Program-made: the position numbers and the translations under genes | Origin: Candidatus Eiseniibacteriota bacterium | GTDB lineage: Bacteria > Eisenbacteria > RBG-16-71-46 > CAZAMP01 | Assembly (NCBI GenBank): GCA_965224245.1 | Contig: OZ245046.1 | Span: forward strand, 2,816,001-2,880,000 | DNA length: 64,000 nucleotides | Direction of reading: 5' to 3' | Notes under the pieces: generated by a model | Databases searched by the model: none | What the model saw: only the letters and a program-made list of their open reading frames with translations | What the model was told of the DNA's origin: nothing | Shown: piece after piece, positions 18,871-27,644 of the stretch | Layout of the letters: every line of letters starts with the position of its first letter | How positions within the stretch are numbered: the first letter of the stretch is position 1

Positions 18871-21174
18871 TCAGAGCTCGACCGACGTCCCGAAGAGCCA
18901 GTTGCGTCCCGGCATCCGATAGCGTGCGAGCTCCTCGTACCGTGCGTCGAAGAGGTTGTTGACGCGCGCCGAGAGCCCCACCCGGTCCGTGATTCGCTGT
19001 CGAACCGCCGCGCCGAACACCCAGAAGGCACTCGGTCGCTGCAGCGGAAACAGGAACACCTCCTCGACGTCGCTACGGTACCGGGCATCGGCGATCACCT
19101 GCGTTCGCCGCCACGTGCCGCCCAGGGATGCCTGGAGAGAGTGTTTCGGACGATAGGCCAGAACGTCGTCGACCCGGCCCGGCGAGCGATCCTCGGCGTC
19201 GAGATACGTGTAGCCGACCGACGCACTCACCGCGTCGATCCAGCGCGCCGTCACCGACGCATCGACACCTCGCATGCGCGCGCGATTCAGATTCCGGACC
19301 TGAAACAGCGGATAGTCGACACCGAACTCTCCGGCGACGTCGACCCAGTAGATGAGATCCTCGTAGTCGTACCGGAACAGCGCGACGTCCAGCTCGACCG
19401 AGGACACCGGCTCGAGACGCACCCCCGCCTCCCAGGATGCCGTCATCCGCTCGGCGTCCAGCGACGGGTTGGGGACGAACTCGATGCCGCCGCCGATCTC
19501 GCGCCGGAGAAACCGCTCGGCGATCGTGGGCGCCCGGAACGCCCGGCCGTACAACGCCCGCACCGCGACGTCCGGCGTCGGGTTCCAGACCACCGAGACC
19601 TTCGGGCTGAGCTGGCGGAGCGTCCGTCCGGACACCAGGTGGTTGACGTCGTACCGCAGCCCGAGCGTGGCGGACCAGCGCTCGGAGAGCCGCAGCTCGT
19701 CCTGCGCGAAGAGGGCCACGTTGCTGGTCCGATGATCGCCGTAGAGCGTCGAGTCGGGCGAGGACCGCACGTCGTCGATCTGGACGTCGACGCCGGCCAC
19801 GAGGTAGTTCCGATCGCTCAGGTAGGCGTCGACCTGCGTGATGTTCCCGAGCTTGGCGCCGTCGATGCGGGTCCGAAAGCCGTACGGCTCGTTGCCGGGA
19901 ATCTCCCCGTCCGGATCGTCCTCGTTGAAGAACGACCGCTGCCGATGGTCGTAGTAGTAGAAACGCGAGGAGTACTTCTGTCGTGCGCTGGGGACCGCCC
20001 AGTAATGGACGTCGGCGCTGAAGTAGTCCTTGCTCTGTTCATCGTCGGCGTACTCCGGACGGATCGACAGGGGCCGGGACGAGTTGAGCCACGCGTGCGG
20101 ATAGTCCGCGTCGGCCGATCCTCCCCCGAGGGTTACCTCGAGGTTCCGGTTGTCGGGCAGATCGAACAGCATCTTCGCGAAGAGATCGACGAACGCGTAC
20201 GAGGTACCCTGCGCGTGGCCGTCGGACTGCTTCCGACTGGCGCTGACGAGGTAGCTCACCCAGTCCCGCGTGCCCGAGTAGTTGAACGAGACCTGGGATT
20301 GCAGCGGCGTGTCCTCGGTGTAGCGGATCTCCGACGGGGCTTTCTCGTAGAAGCCGGCGCTCGCGTCGACCACGAGGCGCGAAGGGGCGTCGGGGCGGCG
20401 CGTGATCACGTTCACGACGCCGCCCATCGCGGTCGAGCCGTAGAGGCTCGAGAACGCACCCTTGACGATCTCCACCCGGTCCACGAACCCCGTGGGAACG
20501 AGGCTCCAGAACGCACCGCCCGAGTCACTGGTGAGCGCGGGACGACCATCCACGAGGAGGAGCACGCGGTTACCCACCCCGCCTCCCGCCACGTCCGACG
20601 CGCCGCGAATCGACATGGACTGGACCGAGATCGGGGTCGATCGAAACGCCGCCACGCCGGGCACCTGTTCCAGTGCCTGGTCGAACGTCGTGACCTGCCG
20701 GGCCGCGATCTCGTCGCGGCTCATGATGACCACGCTGGCCGGCGCGGACTTCGCGGTCTGCTCGCGGCGGGTCGCGGTGACCACGACGGGCCCGGCGTCC
20801 ACGATCCGGGGCGCGAGCCGGATCGACTGCGTGATCAGCCGGCCGGCGAGGACGCGAACGCCGTCGGCGCCCGCGGCATCGTAGCCGGACGCGTCGGCGC
20901 GGATCGTGTACGACCCCGGCGGCACCAGGCGGATCACGAATCGGCCTTCGGCGTCGGTGAAGACGGCTCGCCCCAGCGGCTCCAGCCGAACGCGCGCGTC
21001 GGGAATCGGATCCGACGTCCCTTCCGCGAGCACGTACCCCGAGACCGTCCCGCCGGTGTCGACGACGGGCGGCACGGGCTCGGCGCGCGCCGTCGACGCG
21101 ACGAGCGTGACCACGGCGAGCACGAAGCCGACCGCCGGCGGCACGCGCCGGCGGCCCGGACACCGGTGCGTCAC
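18871..21174 (-). CDS. TonB-dependent receptor with N-terminal CarboxypepD_reg-like domain
   Basis: GTGA overlap with the upstream stop. VVVTATR TonB box, SIRG, LLLVDGRP, RVEIVKGAFSSLYG..AMGGVVNVIT, NNLFD..Y, PGR. Confidence 0.92.
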   Translation of the reverse strand: MTHRCPGRRRVPPAVGFVLAVVTLVASTARAEPVPPVVDTGGTVSGYVLAEGTSDPIPDARVRLEPLGRAVFTDAEGRFVIRLVPPGSYTIRADASGYDAAGADGVRVLAGRLITQSIRLAPRIVDAGPVVVTATRREQTAKSAPASVVIMSRDEIAARQVTTFDQALEQVPGVAAFRSTPISVQSMSIRGASDVAGGGVGNRVLLLVDGRPALTSDSGGAFWSLVPTGFVDRVEIVKGAFSSLYGSTAMGGVVNVITRRPDAPSRLVVDASAGFYEKAPSEIRYTEDTPLQSQVSFNYSGTRDWVSYLVSASRKQSDGHAQGTSYAFVDLFAKMLFDLPDNRNLEVTLGGGSADADYPHAWLNSSRPLSIRPEYADDEQSKDYFSADVHYWAVPSARQKYSSRFYYYDHRQRSFFNEDDPDGEIPGNEPYGFRTRIDGAKLGNITQVDAYLSDRNYLVAGVDVQIDDVRSSPDSTLYGDHRTSNVALFAQDELRLSERWSATLGLRYDVNHLVSGRTLRQLSPKVSVVWNPTPDVAVRALYGRAFRAPTIAERFLRREIGGGIEFVPNPSLDAERMTASWEAGVRLEPVSSVELDVALFRYDYEDLIYWVDVAGEFGVDYPLFQVRNLNRARMRGVDASVTARWIDAVSASVGYTYLDAEDRSPGRVDDVLAYRPKHSLQASLGGTWRRTQVIADARYRSDVEEVFLFPLQRPSAFWVFGAAVRQRITDRVGLSARVNNLFDARYEELARYRMPGRNWLFGTSVEL

Positions 21175-21659
21175 GGGGCAAGAAGGTCGAGGTCGGCGGT
21201 GAAGTCGAGCCCGGTTCGCATCGGGGCCTCGCGATCGATCGCGACGCCGCTCGGCATCTCCAGCGGCAGACCGAGTTCGCTGACGCCGACACTGTCGGGC
21301 CACTCCCAGTACATGCCGATCAGCTGCGCGCTCGTCACGTCAGCCGGATCCCGCCAGCTCACGTAGATCCCCGCATACTCGGCGAACTCGAGCCCGTCGA
21401 ATCGGAAGTCGTACGTGGACGGCTCGCCTGTGATCACCCCAGTTGCCTGCTCCGGTGGGCCCATGGGCACCCACGGCGGCGACAGCGTCGCATACAGCGA
21501 GACCTGAACCTCGCCGCTCGTCGGCCACGTGCCCTCGAACGATACGCGGCCCTCTAGGCTGCCGGTCGTCGGATCCGTGGTCTCGTCGTCGTCACAACCC
21601 GCACCCACCGTCAGCGCGACGAACGCCGCGATCGTGAGCCGTCGGGGAAAGTCTCGCAT
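21171..21659 (-). CDS. Hypothetical lipoprotein
   Basis: GGAGGA RBS, MRDFPRR + hydrophobic stretch + VGAGC, acidic DDDE after the Cys. Confidence 0.75.
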   Translation of the reverse strand: MRDFPRRLTIAAFVALTVGAGCDDDETTDPTTGSLEGRVSFEGTWPTSGEVQVSLYATLSPPWVPMGPPEQATGVITGEPSTYDFRFDGLEFAEYAGIYVSWRDPADVTSAQLIGMYWEWPDSVGVSELGLPLEMPSGVAIDREAPMRTGLDFTADLDLLAP

Positions 21660-21796
21660 CGCATCCTCCCTGGGCTTGCCACCGAGCCTCGCGATCGCGG
21701 AGAGCGATCGTCCGGCGCCCCGGTCCTTCCGAAGGCGAGCGAGCATACCGGCAGTCGCGCCGTGGCGCCAGTGCCGGTCGCCGGTACGTCATGTGA

Positions 21797-24376
21797 TCAC
21801 CAGGACAGCTCAACCCCGAGGCGGACGTTACGTCCCGCCGAGCGCGTCTCGGGATTCTGGACATCTCGCAGCCAGTAGGTTCCATCGTCCTGACGGAGCG
21901 CGTAGCCCCCCGTCTCGCCGGTCACGAGGTAGTAGTCCAGGAAGTGGTTCGCATTGATCCCCCACGGCACGGTGGATGCCGGATAGGTCGAGAAGGAGAA
22001 CCCTGGGATCACGCGATCGATGAGGTTCCGCGCGTCCACGATCAGGGCGAGACGCGAGCCGCGAGGCGTCACCTTCATCCGGAGATTGATCAGAAACGTC
22101 GCGGGTAGCCGGCCGGCCTCGAGAGCGGGATCGTCGCGATCCCGGTCGACCTTTGCATCGACCGCCGAGTAGTATGGAGCCCCGCCGGTCCACGACCACG
22201 ACGTGGTGGCCGAGAACCACGACGCCGGTCGGTAGTGCGCCCATCCCTGCAGGGTCAGATTGCGATCCCAGGGCAGCAGTCGATCGCCCAGCTTCACCCG
22301 CGCCGTACTGGCGCTGGCGAAGATGTCGAGGGCCCTGGTCGGACGGACACTGACGCTGACCTCGAGCCCCTCGGTGTCGATCTCGCTCGGGGGCGGAGGG
22401 AGTCGCGTGTCGCCACCGAGCCAGCCGATCAGGAAGTCATACTCGCCCGGCTCGCGCTCGCTCAGCACCACGTCGGCGTAGCGCCGCACGTACCCCGTCA
22501 CGTAGGCGACCACCTTCTCGGAGTAGTGATGCTGCACCCCGACCTCGACCAGTCGCGTGCGTTGCGCGGTCTGGGTGACGCCCTCCAGCCGCTCGTTGAT
22601 GAAGTGTCGCGACAGCGTGGGAAACGTGTACCAGAGCCCCGCGTGCACGTGGAGCGCATCCACGTCGGTCATCGGGTGCCGGAATCCGAGGCGAGGCGAG
22701 ACGCGGCCGGCGCCGGCGCTTCCAGGATAGTCCCGGATGTCCTGCCGGTCGTACCGGACGCTCATGAACAGCGACGAGAGCGCGTCGGTCCACCACTCGT
22801 CCTCGACGTATGCGTAGCCGTCGAACGTCCGCATCCACTTGGACGTCGAGCCCACCGGCAACAGCACGCCCTCGGAGATGCGGTCCACGCCCATGTAGCG
22901 GTGCTTGCCCAGGGTGCCGCCGAGGCCGGCGCTCAGCTCGTGACCGTCGGCCCATCGCCACTGGGCCCGGGTGGACGCGGCGACCTCGTAGCTCAGACCG
23001 TCCTCGAATTCGGGAAAGTCACCGTACAGCGCGAAGTAGGGCTCGTTCTGCCACTGGAAGCGCGTGTACGACTGCGCGTCGAACGCGGCCCCGTCGAGCG
23101 AGGTGTCGTAGCGGTGACGCGCGACGCGCACGTTGGATCGGATCAGCCCGTCGCCGAAGAGTCGGGAGTGCGTGGCCATCACCAGCGTGGAGCCCCGATA
23201 GCGCATCGGCACCCGAAGCGGCCCCTCGTACATCTCGTAGTTGTCCACGAACTCGGTGTCCGCGTCGGTGATGAAGCGCCGGTAGATGCGCCGCCCGGCG
23301 ATGAAGTCGTACTCCACCAGCCCCGACCGCGAGTAGTGGTGTGCGTACGGCTTGCGGCGCGACGACGCGTGCACGACCGACAGCGACGCCGACCAGGGCC
23401 GGGCCACCGGCCGGTACGACAGCTTGACCGAGCCGGTCTGATCGCCCTGCATGCGGTCGGTCACGTGAACGAGATCCAGGAGATCCTGCTCGGCGCGTCC
23501 GCGATCGTATCGGCGGTGTCCGTCCTGCAGGCGCCCGGTCCAGGCGACCGCGTAGCCGAACCCGGCCCCCGGGAATGGGCCCGACCCGGACACGGTGACG
23601 TAGTCCACGTCGAAGTCCTCGGCGTCCTTCAGGGCCAGATGATCCATGGTGTACGACACGCGCGCGTGGTGGGTCGGACCGCCGGACGCGAGCGACATGT
23701 CCATGACGCCGCCCAGGGATCGACCGTACTCCGAGCTGAAGGCACCGGCCACGAAGTCGGCGGTCACCAGCGCATCGGGCGGGGGCGTGATCCACTCGCC
23801 CTTCAGGGGATCGCGCGCGACGACGCCATCGATGAGCGGTGTCACGTTCTCGGTGCCGACGCCTCGGAAGTAGAGCCGATCACCGTTCACGACGACGCCG
23901 GGCAGGAGTCGGATGGCGTCGGTGATCACGTCCAGCGGTAGCTCGGTGAGATCCCGCGTGGAGAGCCGGTAGCGCGTGGACGTCGTCGCGACCAGAGGCG
24001 TCTCGCGTGTCCCCCGGACACCGACCTCTTCCACGACGCGCACGAGCGGTCGAAGCGACACGCGGATCACGTTTCGATCCTCGCCGAGCACGACGTCGCG
24101 AACCGTCCTCGGCTCGTACGCGACGTGTGAGATCCTGACGCGATGCGTTCCCACGCGGAGGTCCGGAATCACGACGACCCCGTTCTGTCCGGTCAGGAAC
24201 TCGCGCGACGAGCCGTCGACCGACGCCGCCGCCAGCGGTACCGGCTCGCTCGTCTCCGCGTCACGGACGAGCACCTCGAGCTCGACGGTCGCGACCGCGT
24301 CCGTCCACCCGGCCACGGTCAGCGCCGCCACCATCGCCGCGCATGCGCCGCCACGGTCGAGACTCATCCATCGCAT
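21797..24376 (-). CDS. TonB-dependent receptor (second, divergent type)
   Basis: Signal peptide, CarboxypepD_reg-like domain, LPGVV...FRG...IDG, GAFSSEYG..LGGV, SPRLG, C-terminal GRNVRLGVELSW. Confidence 0.85.
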   Translation of the reverse strand: MRWMSLDRGGACAAMVAALTVAGWTDAVATVELEVLVRDAETSEPVPLAAASVDGSSREFLTGQNGVVVIPDLRVGTHRVRISHVAYEPRTVRDVVLGEDRNVIRVSLRPLVRVVEEVGVRGTRETPLVATTSTRYRLSTRDLTELPLDVITDAIRLLPGVVVNGDRLYFRGVGTENVTPLIDGVVARDPLKGEWITPPPDALVTADFVAGAFSSEYGRSLGGVMDMSLASGGPTHHARVSYTMDHLALKDAEDFDVDYVTVSGSGPFPGAGFGYAVAWTGRLQDGHRRYDRGRAEQDLLDLVHVTDRMQGDQTGSVKLSYRPVARPWSASLSVVHASSRRKPYAHHYSRSGLVEYDFIAGRRIYRRFITDADTEFVDNYEMYEGPLRVPMRYRGSTLVMATHSRLFGDGLIRSNVRVARHRYDTSLDGAAFDAQSYTRFQWQNEPYFALYGDFPEFEDGLSYEVAASTRAQWRWADGHELSAGLGGTLGKHRYMGVDRISEGVLLPVGSTSKWMRTFDGYAYVEDEWWTDALSSLFMSVRYDRQDIRDYPGSAGAGRVSPRLGFRHPMTDVDALHVHAGLWYTFPTLSRHFINERLEGVTQTAQRTRLVEVGVQHHYSEKVVAYVTGYVRRYADVVLSEREPGEYDFLIGWLGGDTRLPPPPSEIDTEGLEVSVSVRPTRALDIFASASTARVKLGDRLLPWDRNLTLQGWAHYRPASWFSATTSWSWTGGAPYYSAVDAKVDRDRDDPALEAGRLPATFLINLRMKVTPRGSRLALIVDARNLIDRVIPGFSFSTYPASTVPWGINANHFLDYYLVTGETGGYALRQDDGTYWLRDVQNPETRSAGRNVRLGVELSW

Positions 24377-24377
24377 C

Positions 24378-25376
24378 TCACCTCCCCGCCGGCGATCGGG
24401 ATCCGTCCGCGCCGGCCTCCACGAGCCCCACCCTCATCAGGTATCCGAACGACCGCACGAGATAGCGAACGTCCTCGAAGCCGGGAGGCGTGAACGATCC
24501 CGGCAGGTAGTAGCTCTCGATCCGGGTGATCTTCCACACGTCCTCGCCCGTTCGTGTCCGCCAGCGAGGCTGGAGAAAGAACACCATGCCCGAGTTACCG
24601 GTGGGATCTCGCCGTGTCGGCTGAATGTAGAACCGACGCCACGGATCCTCCTGTCGCATGAGATCGAACGACACGCAGCCGTAGATGATCTCGTGGTACC
24701 CCGCGGACGCGGGATAGCGGGGGTCCTCCGACGGACGCGAGACGAACTCGCTCAGGTCGTCGTTGCAGGTCCCGAGGTCGGTGAGAAGGGTCGACGGCGA
24801 TCGAAACAGCGCGGACACGGCGCGCAGGTGCTCCTCACGCGTGAGCGTCTCCTGACGCATCTCGTCACGCTCGTCGGTGCTGGCCACGTACACGTAGTCG
24901 TCGGCGAGAAGCGAATCGAATGCCACCACGTGACGGGCCTTCCAGAGCTTCATCAGCGTCAGACGGATCGCGTCCGGGGAGGTCGGCTCGGGATAGTCGG
25001 GATTGATCGTGATGAATCGCCAGACGGGCGAGCGCCACCGCCGGTCGCCCGACTCGGCGGTGACCCGCCAGAAGTACTCGTGGTTGGCGGCCAGCTGCTC
25101 GTCGAAGCGAAAGGTGCTCTCCTCGAGGCCGGACGCGACGCGGGAGAGCGACTCGGCCGACGAGCCGAGATGAACCCCGTACGTGACGGCGCCGGCGAGG
25201 GTCTCCCAGGTGAGCCGCACGTTCAGAGGCTGCTCGAAGGCTCCGTCGGTGGGCTCGACGAGCATCATGTTGACGTCGGGCTCGCTGGGTGTGCTCTCCT
25301 CGCAGGAGACCGCGAGCACGAGCGTCAGCACGAGCACGGATGGCCTGGCGAACGAGCGGGCGCTTTGCGAGTTCAT
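24378..25376 (-). CDS. Hypothetical lipoprotein (Ig/FN3-like N-domain, possible NTF2-like C-domain)
   Basis: Lipobox LAVSC, P.DGA...LTW...Y.V...Y.WRV...S.VW.F.T, then LLADDY and WKI.R. Confidence 0.7.
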   Translation of the reverse strand: MNSQSARSFARPSVLVLTLVLAVSCEESTPSEPDVNMMLVEPTDGAFEQPLNVRLTWETLAGAVTYGVHLGSSAESLSRVASGLEESTFRFDEQLAANHEYFWRVTAESGDRRWRSPVWRFITINPDYPEPTSPDAIRLTLMKLWKARHVVAFDSLLADDYVYVASTDERDEMRQETLTREEHLRAVSALFRSPSTLLTDLGTCNDDLSEFVSRPSEDPRYPASAGYHEIIYGCVSFDLMRQEDPWRRFYIQPTRRDPTGNSGMVFFLQPRWRTRTGEDVWKITRIESYYLPGSFTPPGFEDVRYLVRSFGYLMRVGLVEAGADGSRSPAGR

Positions 25377-25493
25377 GGACGGCCCCGGGGATGACGCACG
25401 GGTCGGGTGCGCGTCGAGATCACGCTAGCCCGATCCCGGTCCCGAGTCAACCCGCGCACCGGGCGGACGCGCCAAGGGCGGGCTCGGTACCGG

Positions 25494-26639
25494 TCACCGA
25501 GCGGCGGCCTCGAGCACGGTCCGGTACGACTGCGCGCTCATCGGCGTGGGATTGGACACGTTGGATCCGTTCGTCACCGCACGCTCGGCGATCCGGGGAA
25601 AGTCACCCGGGTCGATTCCGAGCGATGCGAACGACGGGATGCCGATCCGCTCGCCGAGCGACTCGATCGCGCGGAGAAACGCGTCCGCGCGATCGGCGAC
25701 GGCGACCTCCCCCATCCCCGGCACGCCCGCCACCGAAGCCAGGACGCCCAGGCGGTCGGCCACGGCGGCTCCGTGATGTCGGAGCACCGGCGCGAGCAAC
25801 GTGGCGTTCAGGAGACCGTGGGGAAGATCCAGGAGACCGCCGATGGACTCGGACAGGCAGTGCACGCCGGCCACGTCGGCGTTGCCGAACGCCATCCCGG
25901 CCAGGGTGGAGGCACGCATGATCTGCGCTCGGGCGAGCGCGTCCTCTCCGATGTCGGCGGTCGCGCCGAACAAGTGCTCGAGGATCAGCGCCACCGCCTT
26001 CTCGGCCAGCGCGTCCGACACCGGGTTCGCCCGGCGACACGTGTACGCTTCGACGGCGTGCGTGAGCGCATCCATCGCGGTCGTGGCCACGAGGGGAGCC
26101 GGCAGCGTGGCCAGGACGTCCGCGTCGACCAGCGCGAGCGTGGGGAACATCCCGACCCCCTTCACGCTCAGCTTTCGACCTCGCCCGGCGTGAGTGACGA
26201 CCGACACCCACGTGACCTCGGATCCGGTGCCGCACGTGGTCGGGATCGCCACGAACGGAAGCGGATCCCGTGCGAAGCGGTCCGCGCCCTCGAACTCCAC
26301 CACGCCACCGTCGTTGGTCGCGAGCATGGCCGCGGCCTTGGCCGCGTCCAGCACGCTCCCGCCGCCGAGGCCGACGACCACGTCCGTTCCCTCGCGCCGC
26401 GCGAGCTCGGCCAGCCGATCGACCGTGTCGTGGCGGGGATTGATCTCCACCTCGTCGAACCGGGTCACGCGCGCGCCGCTCGCCGCGATCCCGCGCGCGA
26501 TGTCCGAGGGCCACACGGTGGACGCGAGACCTCGGTCACACACGAGCAACACGCGTGTGGCCCCGAGCGCTCGCAGCTCGCCACCGATCGATCGGCGACA
26601 TCCCGGCTCCACGACGACCCGGGTCGGAAGTCGAAACAC
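25494..26639 (-). CDS. Iron-containing alcohol dehydrogenase
   Basis: GLGGGSVLDAAK, IPTTCGTGSEV, DALTHAVE, H.L, HG motifs. GTG at 26639 chosen as start (uncertain). Confidence 0.93.
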   Translation of the reverse strand: MFRLPTRVVVEPGCRRSIGGELRALGATRVLLVCDRGLASTVWPSDIARGIAASGARVTRFDEVEINPRHDTVDRLAELARREGTDVVVGLGGGSVLDAAKAAAMLATNDGGVVEFEGADRFARDPLPFVAIPTTCGTGSEVTWVSVVTHAGRGRKLSVKGVGMFPTLALVDADVLATLPAPLVATTAMDALTHAVEAYTCRRANPVSDALAEKAVALILEHLFGATADIGEDALARAQIMRASTLAGMAFGNADVAGVHCLSESIGGLLDLPHGLLNATLLAPVLRHHGAAVADRLGVLASVAGVPGMGEVAVADRADAFLRAIESLGERIGIPSFASLGIDPGDFPRIAERAVTNGSNVSNPTPMSAQSYRTVLEAAAR

Positions 26640-26794
26640 TCGCGGCTCCGTGTTGGGGTCGGTGCGCCGCCGGATTCGCGGGCGCACACGCGCGGTGGTG
26701 GCGGCGTGCGGATGATGCCCCGCGGCTCGCGCCCGCGTCAAACCGCACGCCGGCGGCGTGCGCCGGGTGGATGCCGCGGCCGGCCACACGTGAC

Positions 26795-26803
26795 TGCTAC
26801 AAT
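26795..26803 (+). promoter_or_regulatory. Extended -10 element (TGcTACAAT) upstream of the DinB-family gene
   Basis: TGn + TACAAT about 43 nt before the GTG at 26846. Confidence 0.5.
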
Positions 26804-26845
26804 CGGCGACCGTACCGACACCCGGACCCAACCGAGGAGGTAGCC

Positions 26846-27349
26846 GTGACCTCGTCCGATCACCTGCCGCCGTACGCGTCACGTGGCGCGCGCGCTCTCG
26901 TTCTCCTGCACGACCAGGCACTCACGGAGTTCGTGTCGGTCTGGCGCGATGCCGAGCGGGCCGCGATCGTGCTTCCGGAGACCGACGATCCGGACTACGC
27001 GTCGATGCACGCGCTCCTGGCCCACGTCCTCGGCGCCGCGTCGGGGTACATGCGCTGGTGCTGCGAGATGCTGGAGCTGCCCGAGCCCGACCTGCCGCCG
27101 CGGCCGTCGCCGGACACGGTGGCCGACGAGACCGATGCACTCCTCGCCCACACGCTCGCCGGCTGGCGAGCGCCGCTGGCCGGGGTCGCCGACGAGCGCC
27201 TTCACCGGCCCGAGTTCGTGAGCCGCTGGGGCGTCAGGTACTGCGTGGACGCGATGCTGGAGCACGCGGTCATGCACCCTCTGCGGCACTCGTTCCAGCT
27301 GCGCCAGCTGATGACGAGCGGCCCGGCCACACCGCCCGTCGACGGCTGA
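26846..27349 (+). CDS. DinB/YfiT-like family protein
   Basis: GAGGAGG RBS, LLAHV and MLEHAVMHPLRH histidine pattern. Confidence 0.75.
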   Translation: MTSSDHLPPYASRGARALVLLHDQALTEFVSVWRDAERAAIVLPETDDPDYASMHALLAHVLGAASGYMRWCCEMLELPEPDLPPRPSPDTVADETDALLAHTLAGWRAPLAGVADERLHRPEFVSRWGVRYCVDAMLEHAVMHPLRHSFQLRQLMTSGPATPPVDG

Positions 27350-27358
27350 TCGCGCGGG

Positions 27359-27403
27359 GCCGGGCGAGGCAGCGCCGGGCGAGGCGGCGCCGTGCGAGGC
27401 ACG
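27359..27403. repeat. 15-bp tandem repeat x3 (GCCGGGCGAGGCAGC consensus)
   Basis: Three imperfect copies just after the DinB stop. Confidence 0.6.
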
Positions 27404-27644
27404 ATCGCGATTCCCGCCGATCGGAGCCGCTTTCCCCCCGGGGCCCGGCCGACATGGTACGCTCTCAGCTGGACGCTCGACGACATTCGGCTCCGACCGC
27501 CGGCCGCGCGGCTCTTCTCCGGGAGCGCGCGGCTTTGCGCGTCGGCGCCGTCCGGAAGCGATCGGCGAGACGTGTCGCGTCAGGCGGCCGTCGTCTCGCA
27601 CGACGGGGCTCGCTTCGCCTGCCACCGAAAGGGAGTTTGTCTAC

